A stretch of 64,000 bases of DNA from an uncultured Clostridia bacterium. Lineage in GTDB: Bacteria > Bacillota > Clostridia > Oscillospirales > Acutalibacteraceae. This document shows positions 18,947 through 28,983 of the stretch, one piece after another (within the stretch, counting starts at the first letter, position 1; every line of letters begins with the position of its first letter). A program made the translations under genes and the position numbers. The notes beneath the pieces were generated by a model that saw only the letters and a program-made list of their open reading frames with translations, was not told the origin of the DNA and made no database searches. The DNA lies in assembly GCA_946414505.1 (NCBI GenBank), contig CAMKOU010000001.1, forward strand, positions 80-64,079, written 5' to 3'.

Positions 18947-20434
18947 CTAAAACATGGTCAACAGCTCCACGCCGATGGTGTACAGCGTCAGCAGCAGAAA
19001 GACGGATGCGAGAATAAACCACTTTTTCTCAAACAGCAAGCCCACAAATTCGCGCAAAAAGGCATTGGGATAAAAATACCATTTGGTTTTGGCGGAAATG
19101 CCCTGCGCGTCGAGCTTGTGTTTATTCGATAAAATATAGCCGCGGAAAATATGGTAGTTGGTGGTGGCAAACGCCGCCTTGACAGTATCCTGCGCGCCTG
19201 CGTCCGCCAAAATGCGATCGCGTGAAAACTGAATGTTTTGGTCGGTGTTAACGCTCTTGTCTTCCTTTACGATTTGTTCCTCGGGATAGCCCTGCTCCGT
19301 CAGGTAGCGCCGCATCGCTTCGCTTTCCGAAATCACCTCGTCGCTGCCCTGACCGCCGGAGGGAACAAATTTGGCGTGCTTGCCCGTTTTTTCGTACTGG
19401 GCGCGTTCAAACCGGATGGCGGCGTCCACTCTGCCGCGCAAGATCGGGGTCAGCGTGCCGTCGTTGCGGATGCAGCAGCCGAGGATAATGATATAATCCT
19501 TGTTGTGCGGCGGCTTGTATTTTGTGGAAAAAAACGCGCTGACGATGGTGGACAGCAGCATACATTCCAAAAAGCTGAGCACATAACCGAGGGAATAGGC
19601 GAGCCGCAGTGCAATGCTGCCGAAGGTGATGTCTTCCGTATAGAGAAACGCGTAAGACAACCCGTAGACGCTGACAAATCCGAGAAACCATCCCACGGCG
19701 AGACCAATGCCCAGCATATTTTGCGGACGCCTGCCCTCATGCCGCAGCAGCCAAATGTTGCTGACGGCAATGGCAAGCGACAGCAGCAGCATAAACGGCA
19801 AGGTGTAGGAAGAAAACTCATAGCCGCAATCGGCGAGATTCAGCAAAAAGAAACGGAAGCTGCTGAAGCTGCCCCGCATAATCAAATCATATATCGAAAG
19901 GACGACGGTAAACAGCGTGAACAGCGCCACACCGCCGCAGGCGACCATGGCGTAGGTAAACCGCGCTTTAAAAAAGCACTCGATAAAGGTATAGCCGGTA
20001 AAGAGGAATACCAGCGCCACACCGCCGATGATGACGAGCTGTACCTGAAAATAGCCGTCAAAGTTCATGGTGTCGGTTTGGAACACGGTGCCGAAGCCGT
20101 CCACATACAGGGGGATCTCCTGCGTGCCGTATTCCTCGCTGGTTTTCGGATCCAATACCTCTATTATGATTTTTGTGCTGCCGCTGTTTAGGGAATGTAC
20201 GTTGACGAACAAGGTTTCCTCGCCGTAATAATAGTTTTCCATGGCGACAATGCTTTCATCTTCGACTTTCAAGCGGGTATCCTCTATCTTAACGGAATCT
20301 GTAGGAAAATAGATGGGACTTGCCGTAAAGGTGTTGCCGTCTATCACCACATAGATGATACTGCCTGCCGCCATTGCCAGCAGTATGGCGATCAGGACGA
20401 AAAAACGCAGATAGGTTTTCTTTTTTTCTTTCAT
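18947..20434 (-). CDS. multi-TM YdcF/DUF218 family protein
   Basis: IILGC, SGGQGSDE, SESEAM, EDKSVNT, TNYHIFR, LREF. Confidence 0.88.
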   Translation of the reverse strand: MKEKKKTYLRFFVLIAILLAMAAGSIIYVVIDGNTFTASPIYFPTDSVKIEDTRLKVEDESIVAMENYYYGEETLFVNVHSLNSGSTKIIIEVLDPKTSEEYGTQEIPLYVDGFGTVFQTDTMNFDGYFQVQLVIIGGVALVFLFTGYTFIECFFKARFTYAMVACGGVALFTLFTVVLSIYDLIMRGSFSSFRFFLLNLADCGYEFSSYTLPFMLLLSLAIAVSNIWLLRHEGRRPQNMLGIGLAVGWFLGFVSVYGLSYAFLYTEDITFGSIALRLAYSLGYVLSFLECMLLSTIVSAFFSTKYKPPHNKDYIIILGCCIRNDGTLTPILRGRVDAAIRFERAQYEKTGKHAKFVPSGGQGSDEVISESEAMRRYLTEQGYPEEQIVKEDKSVNTDQNIQFSRDRILADAGAQDTVKAAFATTNYHIFRGYILSNKHKLDAQGISAKTKWYFYPNAFLREFVGLLFEKKWFILASVFLLLTLYTIGVELLTMF

Positions 20435-20505
20435 TTCCTTCCTCCGCAGCGTTGGATGTCTATATTGTATTGTACCATAGCACATAGGGGAAACGCAAGG
20501 CATTT

Positions 20506-21636
20506 TTAGATGCGTCTGCCGAGCACCTCGCGCTGCTCGCGGAAAAACGCTTCAAACGTGCCTTCGTCCAGCTTTTGACGGATGATCTCCATCAAATCGT
20601 TGTAAAAATACAGGTTGTGCAGCACCGCAAGGCGCATACCGAGCATTTCGCCGCTTTTGAGAAGATGCCGCAGATAGGCGCGTGAAAAGCTGCGGCAGAC
20701 AGGACAGTCACACCGCTCGTCAATGGGCGCTTCGTCCAAAATGTATTTGGCGTTGTTGAGGTTGCGCACGCCCTCCCGGGTGAACAGCTGTCCGTGCCGC
20801 GCGTTGCGGCTGGGCATCACGCAGTCAAACAGATCGACGCCGCGGTGCACCGCCTCCAAAATATTCACGGGCGTGCCCACGCCCATCAAATAACGGATCT
20901 TGTCCTTTGGCGCGTGCGGCTCCACCGTTTCGATGATCTCATACATCACCTCGGTGGGCTCGCCCACCGCCAGGCCGCCGATGGCGTAGCCGTCCAGATC
21001 GAGCGCCGCGATCTCCTGCATATGGGCGATGCGCAGGTCGTGGTAGGTGCCGCCTTGGTTGATGCCGAACAGCATTTGCTGCTTGTTGAGGGTGTCCTCG
21101 CGGGTGTTCAGCGCTGCCAGCTTGACCTTGCAGCGCTGCAGCCAGCGCGTGGTGCGCGCCACGCTGTCCCGGACATAGGGGTAAGGCGAGGGGTTTTCCA
21201 CGCATTCGTCAAACGCCATCGCGATGGTGGAGCCGAGGTTGGACTGGATGGCCATGCTCTCCTCCGGTCCCATAAAGATCTTTCTGCCGTCGATGTGGGA
21301 GTTGAAGGTCACGCCCTCTTCTTTGATGTTGCGCAGCTTGGCGAGCGAAAACACCTGAAAGCCGCCGCTGTCGGTCAGGATGGGACCGTCCCAGCGCGTG
21401 AAGCGGTGCAGCCCGCCGAGCGCCTTCACATTCCCGTCGCCCGGACGCAGGTGCAGGTGATAGGTGTTGCACAGTTGCACCTGACATTTGATGTTTTTTA
21501 AGTCGAGCGCCGACACAGCGCCCTTGATGGCGCCGCAGGTCGCCACGTTCATAAACGCCGGCGTCTGCACCGTGCCGTGCGGCGTTATGAATTCGCCGCG
21601 CCGCGCGTGGTTTTCGGTTTTCAATAGCTTAAACAT
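20506..21636 (-). CDS. tgt: tRNA-guanine transglycosylase
   Basis: NTYHL, DSGGFQ, YLMGVG, FDCVMP, CDCPVC. Confidence 0.97.
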   Translation of the reverse strand: MFKLLKTENHARRGEFITPHGTVQTPAFMNVATCGAIKGAVSALDLKNIKCQVQLCNTYHLHLRPGDGNVKALGGLHRFTRWDGPILTDSGGFQVFSLAKLRNIKEEGVTFNSHIDGRKIFMGPEESMAIQSNLGSTIAMAFDECVENPSPYPYVRDSVARTTRWLQRCKVKLAALNTREDTLNKQQMLFGINQGGTYHDLRIAHMQEIAALDLDGYAIGGLAVGEPTEVMYEIIETVEPHAPKDKIRYLMGVGTPVNILEAVHRGVDLFDCVMPSRNARHGQLFTREGVRNLNNAKYILDEAPIDERCDCPVCRSFSRAYLRHLLKSGEMLGMRLAVLHNLYFYNDLMEIIRQKLDEGTFEAFFREQREVLGRRI

Positions 21637-21705
21637 ACTTCCTCCGTGGAATAAACCTCGATACTTACGGCGCATAGGATAAAAGCGGCGCAGAATAACG
21701 CCGCT

Positions 21706-21770
21706 TTAGAATAAGTCGCTGTGCGTGCCGGTTCTTATTAACACCAAAATCAACTAAAATCTTTATCAAT
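21706..21770 (-). pseudogene. yafQ: 3' remnant of YafQ toxin gene
   Basis: LILVLIRTGTHSDLF* is the YafQ C-terminal signature; the rest of the gene is absent. Confidence 0.75.
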
Positions 21771-21959
21771 CGCTTTTGCTGTTTCGTCATTGGGGGTATC
21801 CGCCGTAATTTCAAAAGGAATGGAATGCTGTCTTAAAGCTTGACGAATAAAAATATTGATCGCTGTAGACAAATCCATACCCAGCTCTGCAAAAAGCTCC
21901 TGCGCCTGTTTTTTGATATCTGCGTCTATGCTTATATTCGTACTAACTTTTGCCATCAT
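21750..21959 (-). CDS. dinJ: RelB/DinJ family antitoxin, C-terminally truncated
   Basis: TNISIDADIKKQAQELFAELGMDLSTAINIFIRQAL..IPFEI..PNDET; no SD, possibly a pseudogene. Confidence 0.8.
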   Translation of the reverse strand: MMAKVSTNISIDADIKKQAQELFAELGMDLSTAINIFIRQALRQHSIPFEITADTPNDETAKAIDKDFS

Positions 21960-22260
21960 TATAGCACAAACATAACATAGTTGCAATATCAGGCTTGAAA
22001 TCACTGATACGGATGAAACGATCATCAAAGTCAGTGAAACAAAAAATGAGACCGAAACGCTCATGACATTGCAAGCTGTCCTCAAAAAAGCGTTTGGTCT
22101 CACCGGAAACGAGAAGCAGTAAAAACTTCTCAGATGCTATTATAGCATACCGGTAGTCCAAAATCAAGGTTTCACTGAAAAATCCGACGACAATGACAAA
22201 AAGCCGCAAACCCCATACTTAGTGAGGTTTGCGGCTGTTGTATTATGGCTCAATTATCCT

Positions 22261-23286
22261 TTACCGGATAAACATAGCGTCCCCAAAACTAAAAAATCTA
22301 TACCGTTCCTCTACCGCGATTTGGTAGGCGTGCATGACGTTGTCGTAGCCCGCAAAGGCGGACACGAGCATGATCAGGGTGCTTTCGGGCAGGTGGAAGT
22401 TCGTCACAAGTCCGTCGAGCACCTTGAATTCGTAGCCGGGGTAAATGAAAATATCGGTAAAGCCCTCGCAGGGCTTGATTTCGCCGTATTGCGTCGCCAC
22501 GCTTTCCAGCGTGCGGCAGGAGGTGGTGCCGATGGCGATCACACGGCCGCCGTTTGCCTTGGTTTCGTTGATGAGCCGCGCGGTTTCGGCGGGGATCTCA
22601 TAGTGTTCGCTGTGCATTTTGTGCTGCGTGACGTCATCTACCTTGACGGGACGGAAGGTGCCCAAGCCCACATGCAGGGTGACATAGGCGATGTTCACGC
22701 CCTTTTGGCGGATCTTCTCCATCAATTCCTCGGTGAAGTGCAGTCCCGCCGTCGGCGCGGCGGCAGAGCCCAATTCGTGGCTGTAAACGGTCTGATAGCG
22801 CTCCTTGTCCTTTAGCTCTTCGGTAATATAGGGCGGCAGCGGCATTTGTCCGATCTTGTCCAGCGTGGCAAAAAAGCTTTCGTCGCAGTCGAAATCCACC
22901 ACGCGGTTGCCGTCGTCCTTCACCTGCGCCACGGTAGCGGTCAGAATGCCGTCGCCAAAGGTGAACCGCGCGCCCTCACGTGCCTTTTTGCCGGGCTTGC
23001 ACAGCGTTTCCCAGCGGTTGCCGCTGATTTGCCGCAGCAGCAAAAACTCCACCCTTGCGCCGGTGGCGTCCTTCACGCCGTAAATGCGCGCCGGCAGCAC
23101 GCGCGAGTCGTTGGCGACGATCAGATCGCCCGCGTGCAGATAGTCGAGGATGTCATAAAAATGACGGTGCGCCACAGCGCCCGTTTGCCGGTCGAGCACC
23201 AGCAGGCGCGAGTGATCGCGCGGCTCCACAGGTGTTTGTGCAATCAGTTCCTTTGGCAAATCATAATAAAAATCGCTCGTTTTCAT
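22261..23286 (-). CDS. queA: SAM:tRNA ribosyltransferase-isomerase
   Basis: [44 protein letters not shown]. Confidence 0.98.
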   Translation of the reverse strand: MKTSDFYYDLPKELIAQTPVEPRDHSRLLVLDRQTGAVAHRHFYDILDYLHAGDLIVANDSRVLPARIYGVKDATGARVEFLLLRQISGNRWETLCKPGKKAREGARFTFGDGILTATVAQVKDDGNRVVDFDCDESFFATLDKIGQMPLPPYITEELKDKERYQTVYSHELGSAAAPTAGLHFTEELMEKIRQKGVNIAYVTLHVGLGTFRPVKVDDVTQHKMHSEHYEIPAETARLINETKANGGRVIAIGTTSCRTLESVATQYGEIKPCEGFTDIFIYPGYEFKVLDGLVTNFHLPESTLIMLVSAFAGYDNVMHAYQIAVEERYRFFSFGDAMFIR

Positions 23287-23486
23287 AGCCTATCCTTTCC
23301 GTTCCGTCTTAAAGAAAATAATTGACAATAAACATAGAAAATGGTATAGTATATAGTAGGGTAATTTGGAAATCACTCTGTATTTTGCGGTTGCAGCGGC
23401 ATGATCACATGCTTTTTCTATCATAGAACATTTTTTTCAAAATGGCAACCGTTTTTTTAAATTTGTTACAATCGGAGGAATCAACA

Positions 23487-24572
23487 GTGAGAAAGTTTAA
23501 TGTCGGAATCATCGGAGCTACCGGTATGGTAGGACAGCGTTTTGCGCTTTTGCTGGAAAACCATCCCTGGTTTACGGTAACGGCGCTTGCCGCCAGCGCC
23601 AGAAGCGCCGGCAAAAAATACGGCGACGTTGTCGAGGGCAGATGGCACATGACAACTCCGCTTCCCGAAAAGTACAAGGATATGGTCATTCTCGACGCGG
23701 AGAACGTGGAGGAGGTCGCTTCTAAGGTGGACTTCTGCTTCTGTGCGGTCAATATGAAAAAAGACGAGATCCGCGCGCTGGAGGAAAAATACGCCAAAGC
23801 GGAATGCCCCATCGTTTCCAACAACTCGGCTCACCGTTTCACCCCTGACGTTCCCATGGTGATCCCCGAAATCAACGCGGATCACATTCAAATCATCGAG
23901 GCACAGAGAAAACGCCTGGGTACCAAGCGCGGTTTTGTGGCGGTCAAGTCCAACTGCTCGCTGCAAAGCTACGTGCCCGCCATCCATCCCTTAAAGGCGC
24001 TGGGCGTTGACAAAGTGCTCGCCTGCACCTATCAGGCGATTTCGGGCGCCGGCAAAACCTTTAAAACATGGCCGGAAATGGTTGACAACCTCATTCCGTA
24101 CATCGGCGGCGAGGAGGAAAAATCCGAGCGCGAGCCGCTGAAGATCTGGGGACATATCGAGGACGGCGAGATCAAGCTGACCGACGACATCGCCATCACC
24201 TCGCAGTGCCTGCGCGTGCCCGTGTCTGACGGCCACACCGCAGCGGTGTTTATGTCCTTTAAGGACGGCGTGAAAAAGCCCACCGTCGAAGAGATCATCG
24301 GCATCTGGGAGAATTATCAGGGCAGAGCGCAGGAGCTTGACCTTCCCAGTGCGCCCAAGCACTTCCTCCACTACTTTACCGAGCCCGACCGTCCGCAGAT
24401 CCATTCCGAGAGAAATCTCGAAAACGGCATGGCGGTTTCCGTCGGCAGACTCAGAGAGGACACCCAGTACGACTACAAGTTCGTCTGCATGTCCCACAAC
24501 ACCCTCAGAGGCGCAGCAGGCGGCGCCGTATTGCTTGCCGAGCTGCTTTGCGCGGAAGGGTATATGGACTAA
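23487..24572 (+). CDS. asd: aspartate-semialdehyde dehydrogenase
   Basis: GATGMVGQRF, KSNCS, YQAISGAG, HNTLRGAAGG; GTG start after GGAGG. Confidence 0.96.
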   Translation: MRKFNVGIIGATGMVGQRFALLLENHPWFTVTALAASARSAGKKYGDVVEGRWHMTTPLPEKYKDMVILDAENVEEVASKVDFCFCAVNMKKDEIRALEEKYAKAECPIVSNNSAHRFTPDVPMVIPEINADHIQIIEAQRKRLGTKRGFVAVKSNCSLQSYVPAIHPLKALGVDKVLACTYQAISGAGKTFKTWPEMVDNLIPYIGGEEEKSEREPLKIWGHIEDGEIKLTDDIAITSQCLRVPVSDGHTAAVFMSFKDGVKKPTVEEIIGIWENYQGRAQELDLPSAPKHFLHYFTEPDRPQIHSERNLENGMAVSVGRLREDTQYDYKFVCMSHNTLRGAAGGAVLLAELLCAEGYMD

Positions 24573-24602
24573 GACATTATATTAACGATATGGAGGCATA
24601 TT

Positions 24603-25505
24603 ATGGCTGACCACATTTTCACCGGTTCGGGTGTGGCGCTGATCACACCCATGCACTCAGACGGTTCTGTCAACTATTCGGCGCTGGGGGATTTGCTGGA
24701 ATTCCACGTGCAGAACCAAACAGACGCGATCATCGTCTGCGGCACCACAGGCGAGGCGGCAACTCTTTCCGAAAAAGAGCACCTTGAGGTGCTGGAATTT
24801 ACCACCGAAAAAATCAACGGCAGGATCCCCGTGATCGCCGGCACCGGCAGCAACGACACCGCCTTTGCGGTGATGCTGTCCAAGGAAGCGCAAAAATACG
24901 GTGTGAATGCGCTGCTGACCGTGACGCCCTATTACAATAAAACCTCGCAGGCAGGCTTGGTCAAGCACTTCAACGTGATCGCCGACGCCGTGGATCTGCC
25001 GATCATTTTGTACAACGTTCCCTCGCGTACCGGCTGCAACATCATGCCGAAAACCTATGCGGAGCTGTGCAAGCACCCCAACATCGTGGCGGCAAAGGAA
25101 GCCAGCGGCGATATTTCACAGGTGGCGCTCATTCGTTCACTGTGCGGCGACAAGCTCGACATCTATTCGGGCAACGACGACCAAACCGTTCCCTTCATGT
25201 CGCTGGGTGCGCTGGGCGTTATTTCGGTATTTGCCAACATCTGTCCCAAGGAGATGCACGACATTTGTCAGCTGTGCCTGGAAAATGACTTTGCGGCGGC
25301 GCAAAAGCTGCATTTCCACTACATCGAGCTGATGAATATCATGTTCAGCGACGTCAACCCGATCCCGGTGAAAACCGCGATGAATCTGTTTGGCTTCGAT
25401 GCCGGCGAGTGCAGACTGCCGCTCGTTCCCATGAGCGTGGCAGCGTATCACAACCTCAAGGATTGCCTTGCCAAGTACGATCTGCTGGATAAATACGTAA
25501 AATAA
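24603..25505 (+). CDS. dapA: 4-hydroxy-tetrahydrodipicolinate synthase
   Basis: CGTTGE, PYYNK, YNVPSRTG, KEASG, NPIPVK. Confidence 0.97.
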   Translation: MADHIFTGSGVALITPMHSDGSVNYSALGDLLEFHVQNQTDAIIVCGTTGEAATLSEKEHLEVLEFTTEKINGRIPVIAGTGSNDTAFAVMLSKEAQKYGVNALLTVTPYYNKTSQAGLVKHFNVIADAVDLPIILYNVPSRTGCNIMPKTYAELCKHPNIVAAKEASGDISQVALIRSLCGDKLDIYSGNDDQTVPFMSLGALGVISVFANICPKEMHDICQLCLENDFAAAQKLHFHYIELMNIMFSDVNPIPVKTAMNLFGFDAGECRLPLVPMSVAAYHNLKDCLAKYDLLDKYVK

Positions 25506-25581
25506 TGCGCAATTGGTAATGCGTAAGGACAGGGCGCACCCGGTGTGCGCCCTGTTTTAGTATAAAAAAGGAAGTGTAAGT

Positions 25582-26337
25582 ATGGTAAACGTTGCCATTG
25601 TGGGCTGCAACGGCAAAATGGGCGGCTTTGTTGCCCAAGCGGTCAAGGAAAGCGCCGTGTGCGAAGCGCTGTTCGGCGTGGACGCATTTGGTGAAAGCCG
25701 CTATGATTTCCCTGTGTACAAAAGCTTTGACGAGGCGGCGGCAGCGCCCGACGTCATCATCGACTTTTCCAATCCGGCGGCGCTCGACGGGTTGCTCGGC
25801 TACGCGCTGGCGCACAAGACGCCGTGCGTGATCTGCACCACCGGTTATTCGCAGGAGCAGGTGGCGCAAATCAAGGCGGCGGCGGAGCAGATCGCCGTAT
25901 TTTATTCGGGCAACATGTCGCTCGGCATCAATTTGTTGATCGCACTGGCAAAGCAGGCGACCAAGGTGCTCGGCAACAGCTTCGATATTGAAATCGTGGA
26001 AAAGCACCACAACCTCAAGGTGGACGCGCCCAGCGGTACGGCGCTGATGATCGCCGATGCGGTGAACGATACGCTGGAAACCGAGGCGCAGTATGTGTAT
26101 GACCGCCACAGCTACCGCAAAAAGCGCTCCAAAAATGAAATCGGCATCCATTCGGTGCGCGGCGGCACCATCGTGGGCGAGCATGAGGTCATCTTTGCCG
26201 GTCACGACGAGGTGGTGACCATCACCCATCAGGCGCAGAGCAAGGAGGTTTTTGCTGTCGGCGCCGTCAACGCAGCGGCGTTTTTGGCAGCACAGCCCGC
26301 CGGTATGTACGATATGGGGAAGCTTATCAATGCGTAA
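25582..26337 (+). CDS. dapB: 4-hydroxy-tetrahydrodipicolinate reductase
   Basis: GCNGKMG, EKHHNLKVDAPSGTA, RGGTIVGEH. Confidence 0.97.
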   Translation: MVNVAIVGCNGKMGGFVAQAVKESAVCEALFGVDAFGESRYDFPVYKSFDEAAAAPDVIIDFSNPAALDGLLGYALAHKTPCVICTTGYSQEQVAQIKAAAEQIAVFYSGNMSLGINLLIALAKQATKVLGNSFDIEIVEKHHNLKVDAPSGTALMIADAVNDTLETEAQYVYDRHSYRKKRSKNEIGIHSVRGGTIVGEHEVIFAGHDEVVTITHQAQSKEVFAVGAVNAAAFLAAQPAGMYDMGKLINA

Positions 26338-26362
26338 TTCGTAATGCGTAATGCGTAATTGG
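26329..26362 (+). repeat. tandem heptamer array (AATGCGT)n
   Basis: AATGCGT AATTCGT AATGCGT AATGCGT AATTGG; related short array at 25503-25526. Confidence 0.75.
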
Positions 26363-26505
26363 ATTTTGGGGAAACGTTTGTTTTTGGACAGACGTTTCCT
26401 TTTTTTGTGCGCGCCCTCCGGTCATGCCGTTGTCCTTTCGGAAAAGCCGTGCTTCCTGCAATCGAAAAAGGCGGCGTCAGCCACGGGGCTGAGCATTGCC
26501 AATCC

Positions 26506-26589
26506 CACCCGCAGCATGATAAATCGGAGCGAAGCGACCCTTCACTATGCACTATGCACCATGCACCATGCACTAAGCACCATGCACTT
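26506..26589 (+). repeat. repeat element: conserved head plus (ATGCACY)n heptamer array
   Basis: AAATCGGAGCGAAGCGACCCTTCAC followed by heptamers; inverted copy at 30297-30381. Confidence 0.8.
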
Positions 26590-26660
26590 GTCACGAATTG
26601 ATAACCTCTCCTTTCGCGTGTTCATATACTGTATTGTAGGAATAGAAACAACTGATTGAG

Positions 26661-26894
26661 GTGAAACAATTGGAGAATATCATTACCTTCGCGTCCGTCA
26701 CCCACGCCATGAAAGCGCGGGAGCTGCTGCGCAGGCACCGCATTTCCGCCAATTTGATCCGCACGCCCGCCAAGCTGCGGCGCGGCTCCTGCGGTTATAG
26801 TCTGGTCATTCCCCGGCAATTTGCGCAGGCGGCGGCGCTGGTGCGCGACAACCGGCTGCCGTACCGTCATATGTTTGGCGATGACGCCCCATGA
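26661..26894 (+). CDS. DUF3343 / putative S-Se carrier-like protein
   Basis: FASVTHAMKA..RTP..SCGYSL; upstream of cysteine desulfurase. Confidence 0.8.
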   Translation: MKQLENIITFASVTHAMKARELLRRHRISANLIRTPAKLRRGSCGYSLVIPRQFAQAAALVRDNRLPYRHMFGDDAP

Positions 26895-28081
26895 TGTATT
26901 TTGACAACGGCGCCACCACCTTTCCCAAGCCGCCGTCGGTGGTGCGCGCCGTCAACAGTGCCTTGCAGGTGTACGGTGGCAATCCCGGGCGCGGCGGTCA
27001 CCGCATGGCGGTCAGGGCAGGCGAGGTGATTTACCGGTGTCGTGAAAACGCGGCGGCGCTGTTCGGCGCCGAAAACCCCGAAAATATCATTTTTACCGAC
27101 AGCTGCACCACTGCCCTCAACATCGTGTTGCACGGTCTGCTGCAGCGCGGCGACCATGTGGTGCTGTCCTCGCTGGAGCACAACGCCGTGGTGCGTCCGC
27201 TGCACTATTTGGTAAAAACGCGCGGTGTGCGGCTCTCGGTGGCGGAGGTGGCGGAGGGCGACGACGAACAAACCCTGCAAAGCTTCCGCAAAGCCATCAA
27301 CGGCGACACCAAGCTGGTGGTGTGTACCGCTGCGTCCAATGTGTTCGGCGTGCGCCTGCCGATCGAACGCATTGCAGCGCTGTGCCGCATTTACGGCATT
27401 TTGTTCTGTGTGGACGCGGCGCAGGGCGCAGGGGTGGTGCCGCTGCGCGTTGCGGCAAGCGGCATCGACTTTTTGTGTGCGGCAGGGCACAAGGGGTTGT
27501 ACGGTCCGATGGGCACGGGTATCTTAGTGATCAACAGCGACACGCTGCCTGCGCCGCTGACGCAGGGCGGCACCGGCAGTCTGTCGCGCAGTCCGGAGCA
27601 GCCAAACGAGCTGCCCGACAAATACGAAAGCGGCACGCCCAACCTGCCCGGTATCGCCGGCTTGAACGCGGGCATCCGGTTTGTGTCGGCACGCGGAGAA
27701 GCGCACCTGCTGCGCACGGAAATACAGCTGCTGCGCCGTTTGTATGACGGCTTGGCACAAATGCCGGAGGTGCAGCTTTACACGCAGCCGCCTGCGGCGG
27801 AAACACATGTGCCGGTGCTGTCCTTTAACCTCAGAGGATGCGATTGCGAGGAGGTCGCCGCACTGCTTGACCGCCGCTTCGCTATCGCCGTGCGCGCCGG
27901 CCTGCACTGCGCACCGGCGGCGCACCGCGCCTACGGCACCGCAAGCACCGGCACCGTGCGCGCCGTTGTGTCGGCATACACCAACCTGTCGCAAATCAAC
28001 GCCTTTCTGTTTGCTGTCAATAAAATCACAAAACTTCTTCCTAAAAAGGTTGCAATTGAGGAGCAAAATGTGGTAAAATAA
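26891..28081 (+). CDS. cysteine desulfurase family (class V PLP) protein
   Basis: YFDNGATT, EHNAV, DAAQ, GHKGLYGP, RAGLHCAP. Confidence 0.93.
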   Translation: MMYFDNGATTFPKPPSVVRAVNSALQVYGGNPGRGGHRMAVRAGEVIYRCRENAAALFGAENPENIIFTDSCTTALNIVLHGLLQRGDHVVLSSLEHNAVVRPLHYLVKTRGVRLSVAEVAEGDDEQTLQSFRKAINGDTKLVVCTAASNVFGVRLPIERIAALCRIYGILFCVDAAQGAGVVPLRVAASGIDFLCAAGHKGLYGPMGTGILVINSDTLPAPLTQGGTGSLSRSPEQPNELPDKYESGTPNLPGIAGLNAGIRFVSARGEAHLLRTEIQLLRRLYDGLAQMPEVQLYTQPPAAETHVPVLSFNLRGCDCEEVAALLDRRFAIAVRAGLHCAPAAHRAYGTASTGTVRAVVSAYTNLSQINAFLFAVNKITKLLPKKVAIEEQNVVK

Positions 28082-28110
28082 AAAAAGGTTAGCAGAAAGG
28101 AGGGGCATAC

Positions 28111-28983
28111 ATGGAAATACTGCATAATCTGTGGTCGATCGTCAAGACCATTCAGTTTCGTGATGTGGTGGATATCCTCGCCATCGCGCTGCTGATTTTC
28201 GGATTGTTCCGCCTGATCCGTGAAACCCGTGCCGTGCAGCTGCTCAAGGGCATTTTGCTGCTGCTCGCGGTGTATATGCTCTCCTCCCTGTTTAATCTTG
28301 TCATGCTGTCCTCGCTGCTGCGCTTGTTTTTCGAGGCGTCGGTCGTCATTTTGGTGGTGATCTTTCAGCCCGAGATCCGCAAGGCGCTCGAGCAGGTGGG
28401 CAGAAATAAAAAATGGAAACGCTTTATCCGTTATTTTGCCGACTACGGAAAAAATGACGAGGTGGAGAAGGAAATCAAAAAGTCGATCGTTGACGCCGCC
28501 GATACCGCCGTTATTTTTTCGCGCTCCCGCACGGGTGCGCTGATCGTATTTGAGCGCGAAACCATGCTGTCCGACATTGCTGCGTCGGGCACTATTGTGG
28601 ATGCGACTACCTCGGTGGCGCTGTTCGGCAATGTCTTTTACAACAAGGCGCCGCTGCACGACGGTGCGTGTATCATTCGCGACGGCAAGCTGTTTGCGGC
28701 GGGCTGCATTTTGCCGCTGACTACCAAAAACAACGAGGTGGATATCAGCCTCGGCACCCGTCACCGCGCGGCGCTGGGCATTTCCGAGCAAAGCGATGCG
28801 GTGGTGCTGGTGATCAGCGAGGAAACCGGCGTGGTGTCCCTTGCCGTGGGCGGCGTGCTGACGCGCGACTACACGCGCGAAGCCCTGATCAAAAAGCTGA
28901 ACGAACTGCTGCTCGACGAAAACGAGGAGGACGACGAAAGGCCGCGCCGCTTCCGAAAAGGGAGGAAGAAACATGAAGCATAA
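28111..28983 (+). CDS. cdaA: diadenylate cyclase CdaA/DacA
   Basis: Three TM segments, FQPEIR, PLHDGA, LGTRHRAALG. Confidence 0.96.
   Translation: MEILHNLWSIVKTIQFRDVVDILAIALLIFGLFRLIRETRAVQLLKGILLLLAVYMLSSLFNLVMLSSLLRLFFEASVVILVVIFQPEIRKALEQVGRNKKWKRFIRYFADYGKNDEVEKEIKKSIVDAADTAVIFSRSRTGALIVFERETMLSDIAASGTIVDATTSVALFGNVFYNKAPLHDGACIIRDGKLFAAGCILPLTTKNNEVDISLGTRHRAALGISEQSDAVVLVISEETGVVSLAVGGVLTRDYTREALIKKLNELLLDENEEDDERPRRFRKGRKKHEA

Noticed and set aside
23290-23486. Lysine riboswitch before asd or preQ1 riboswitch before queA
   Set aside because: Leader is short and shows no recognisable aptamer motifs
26520-26590. CRISPR array
   Set aside because: 7-bp tandem units without unique spacers; no cas genes in the window
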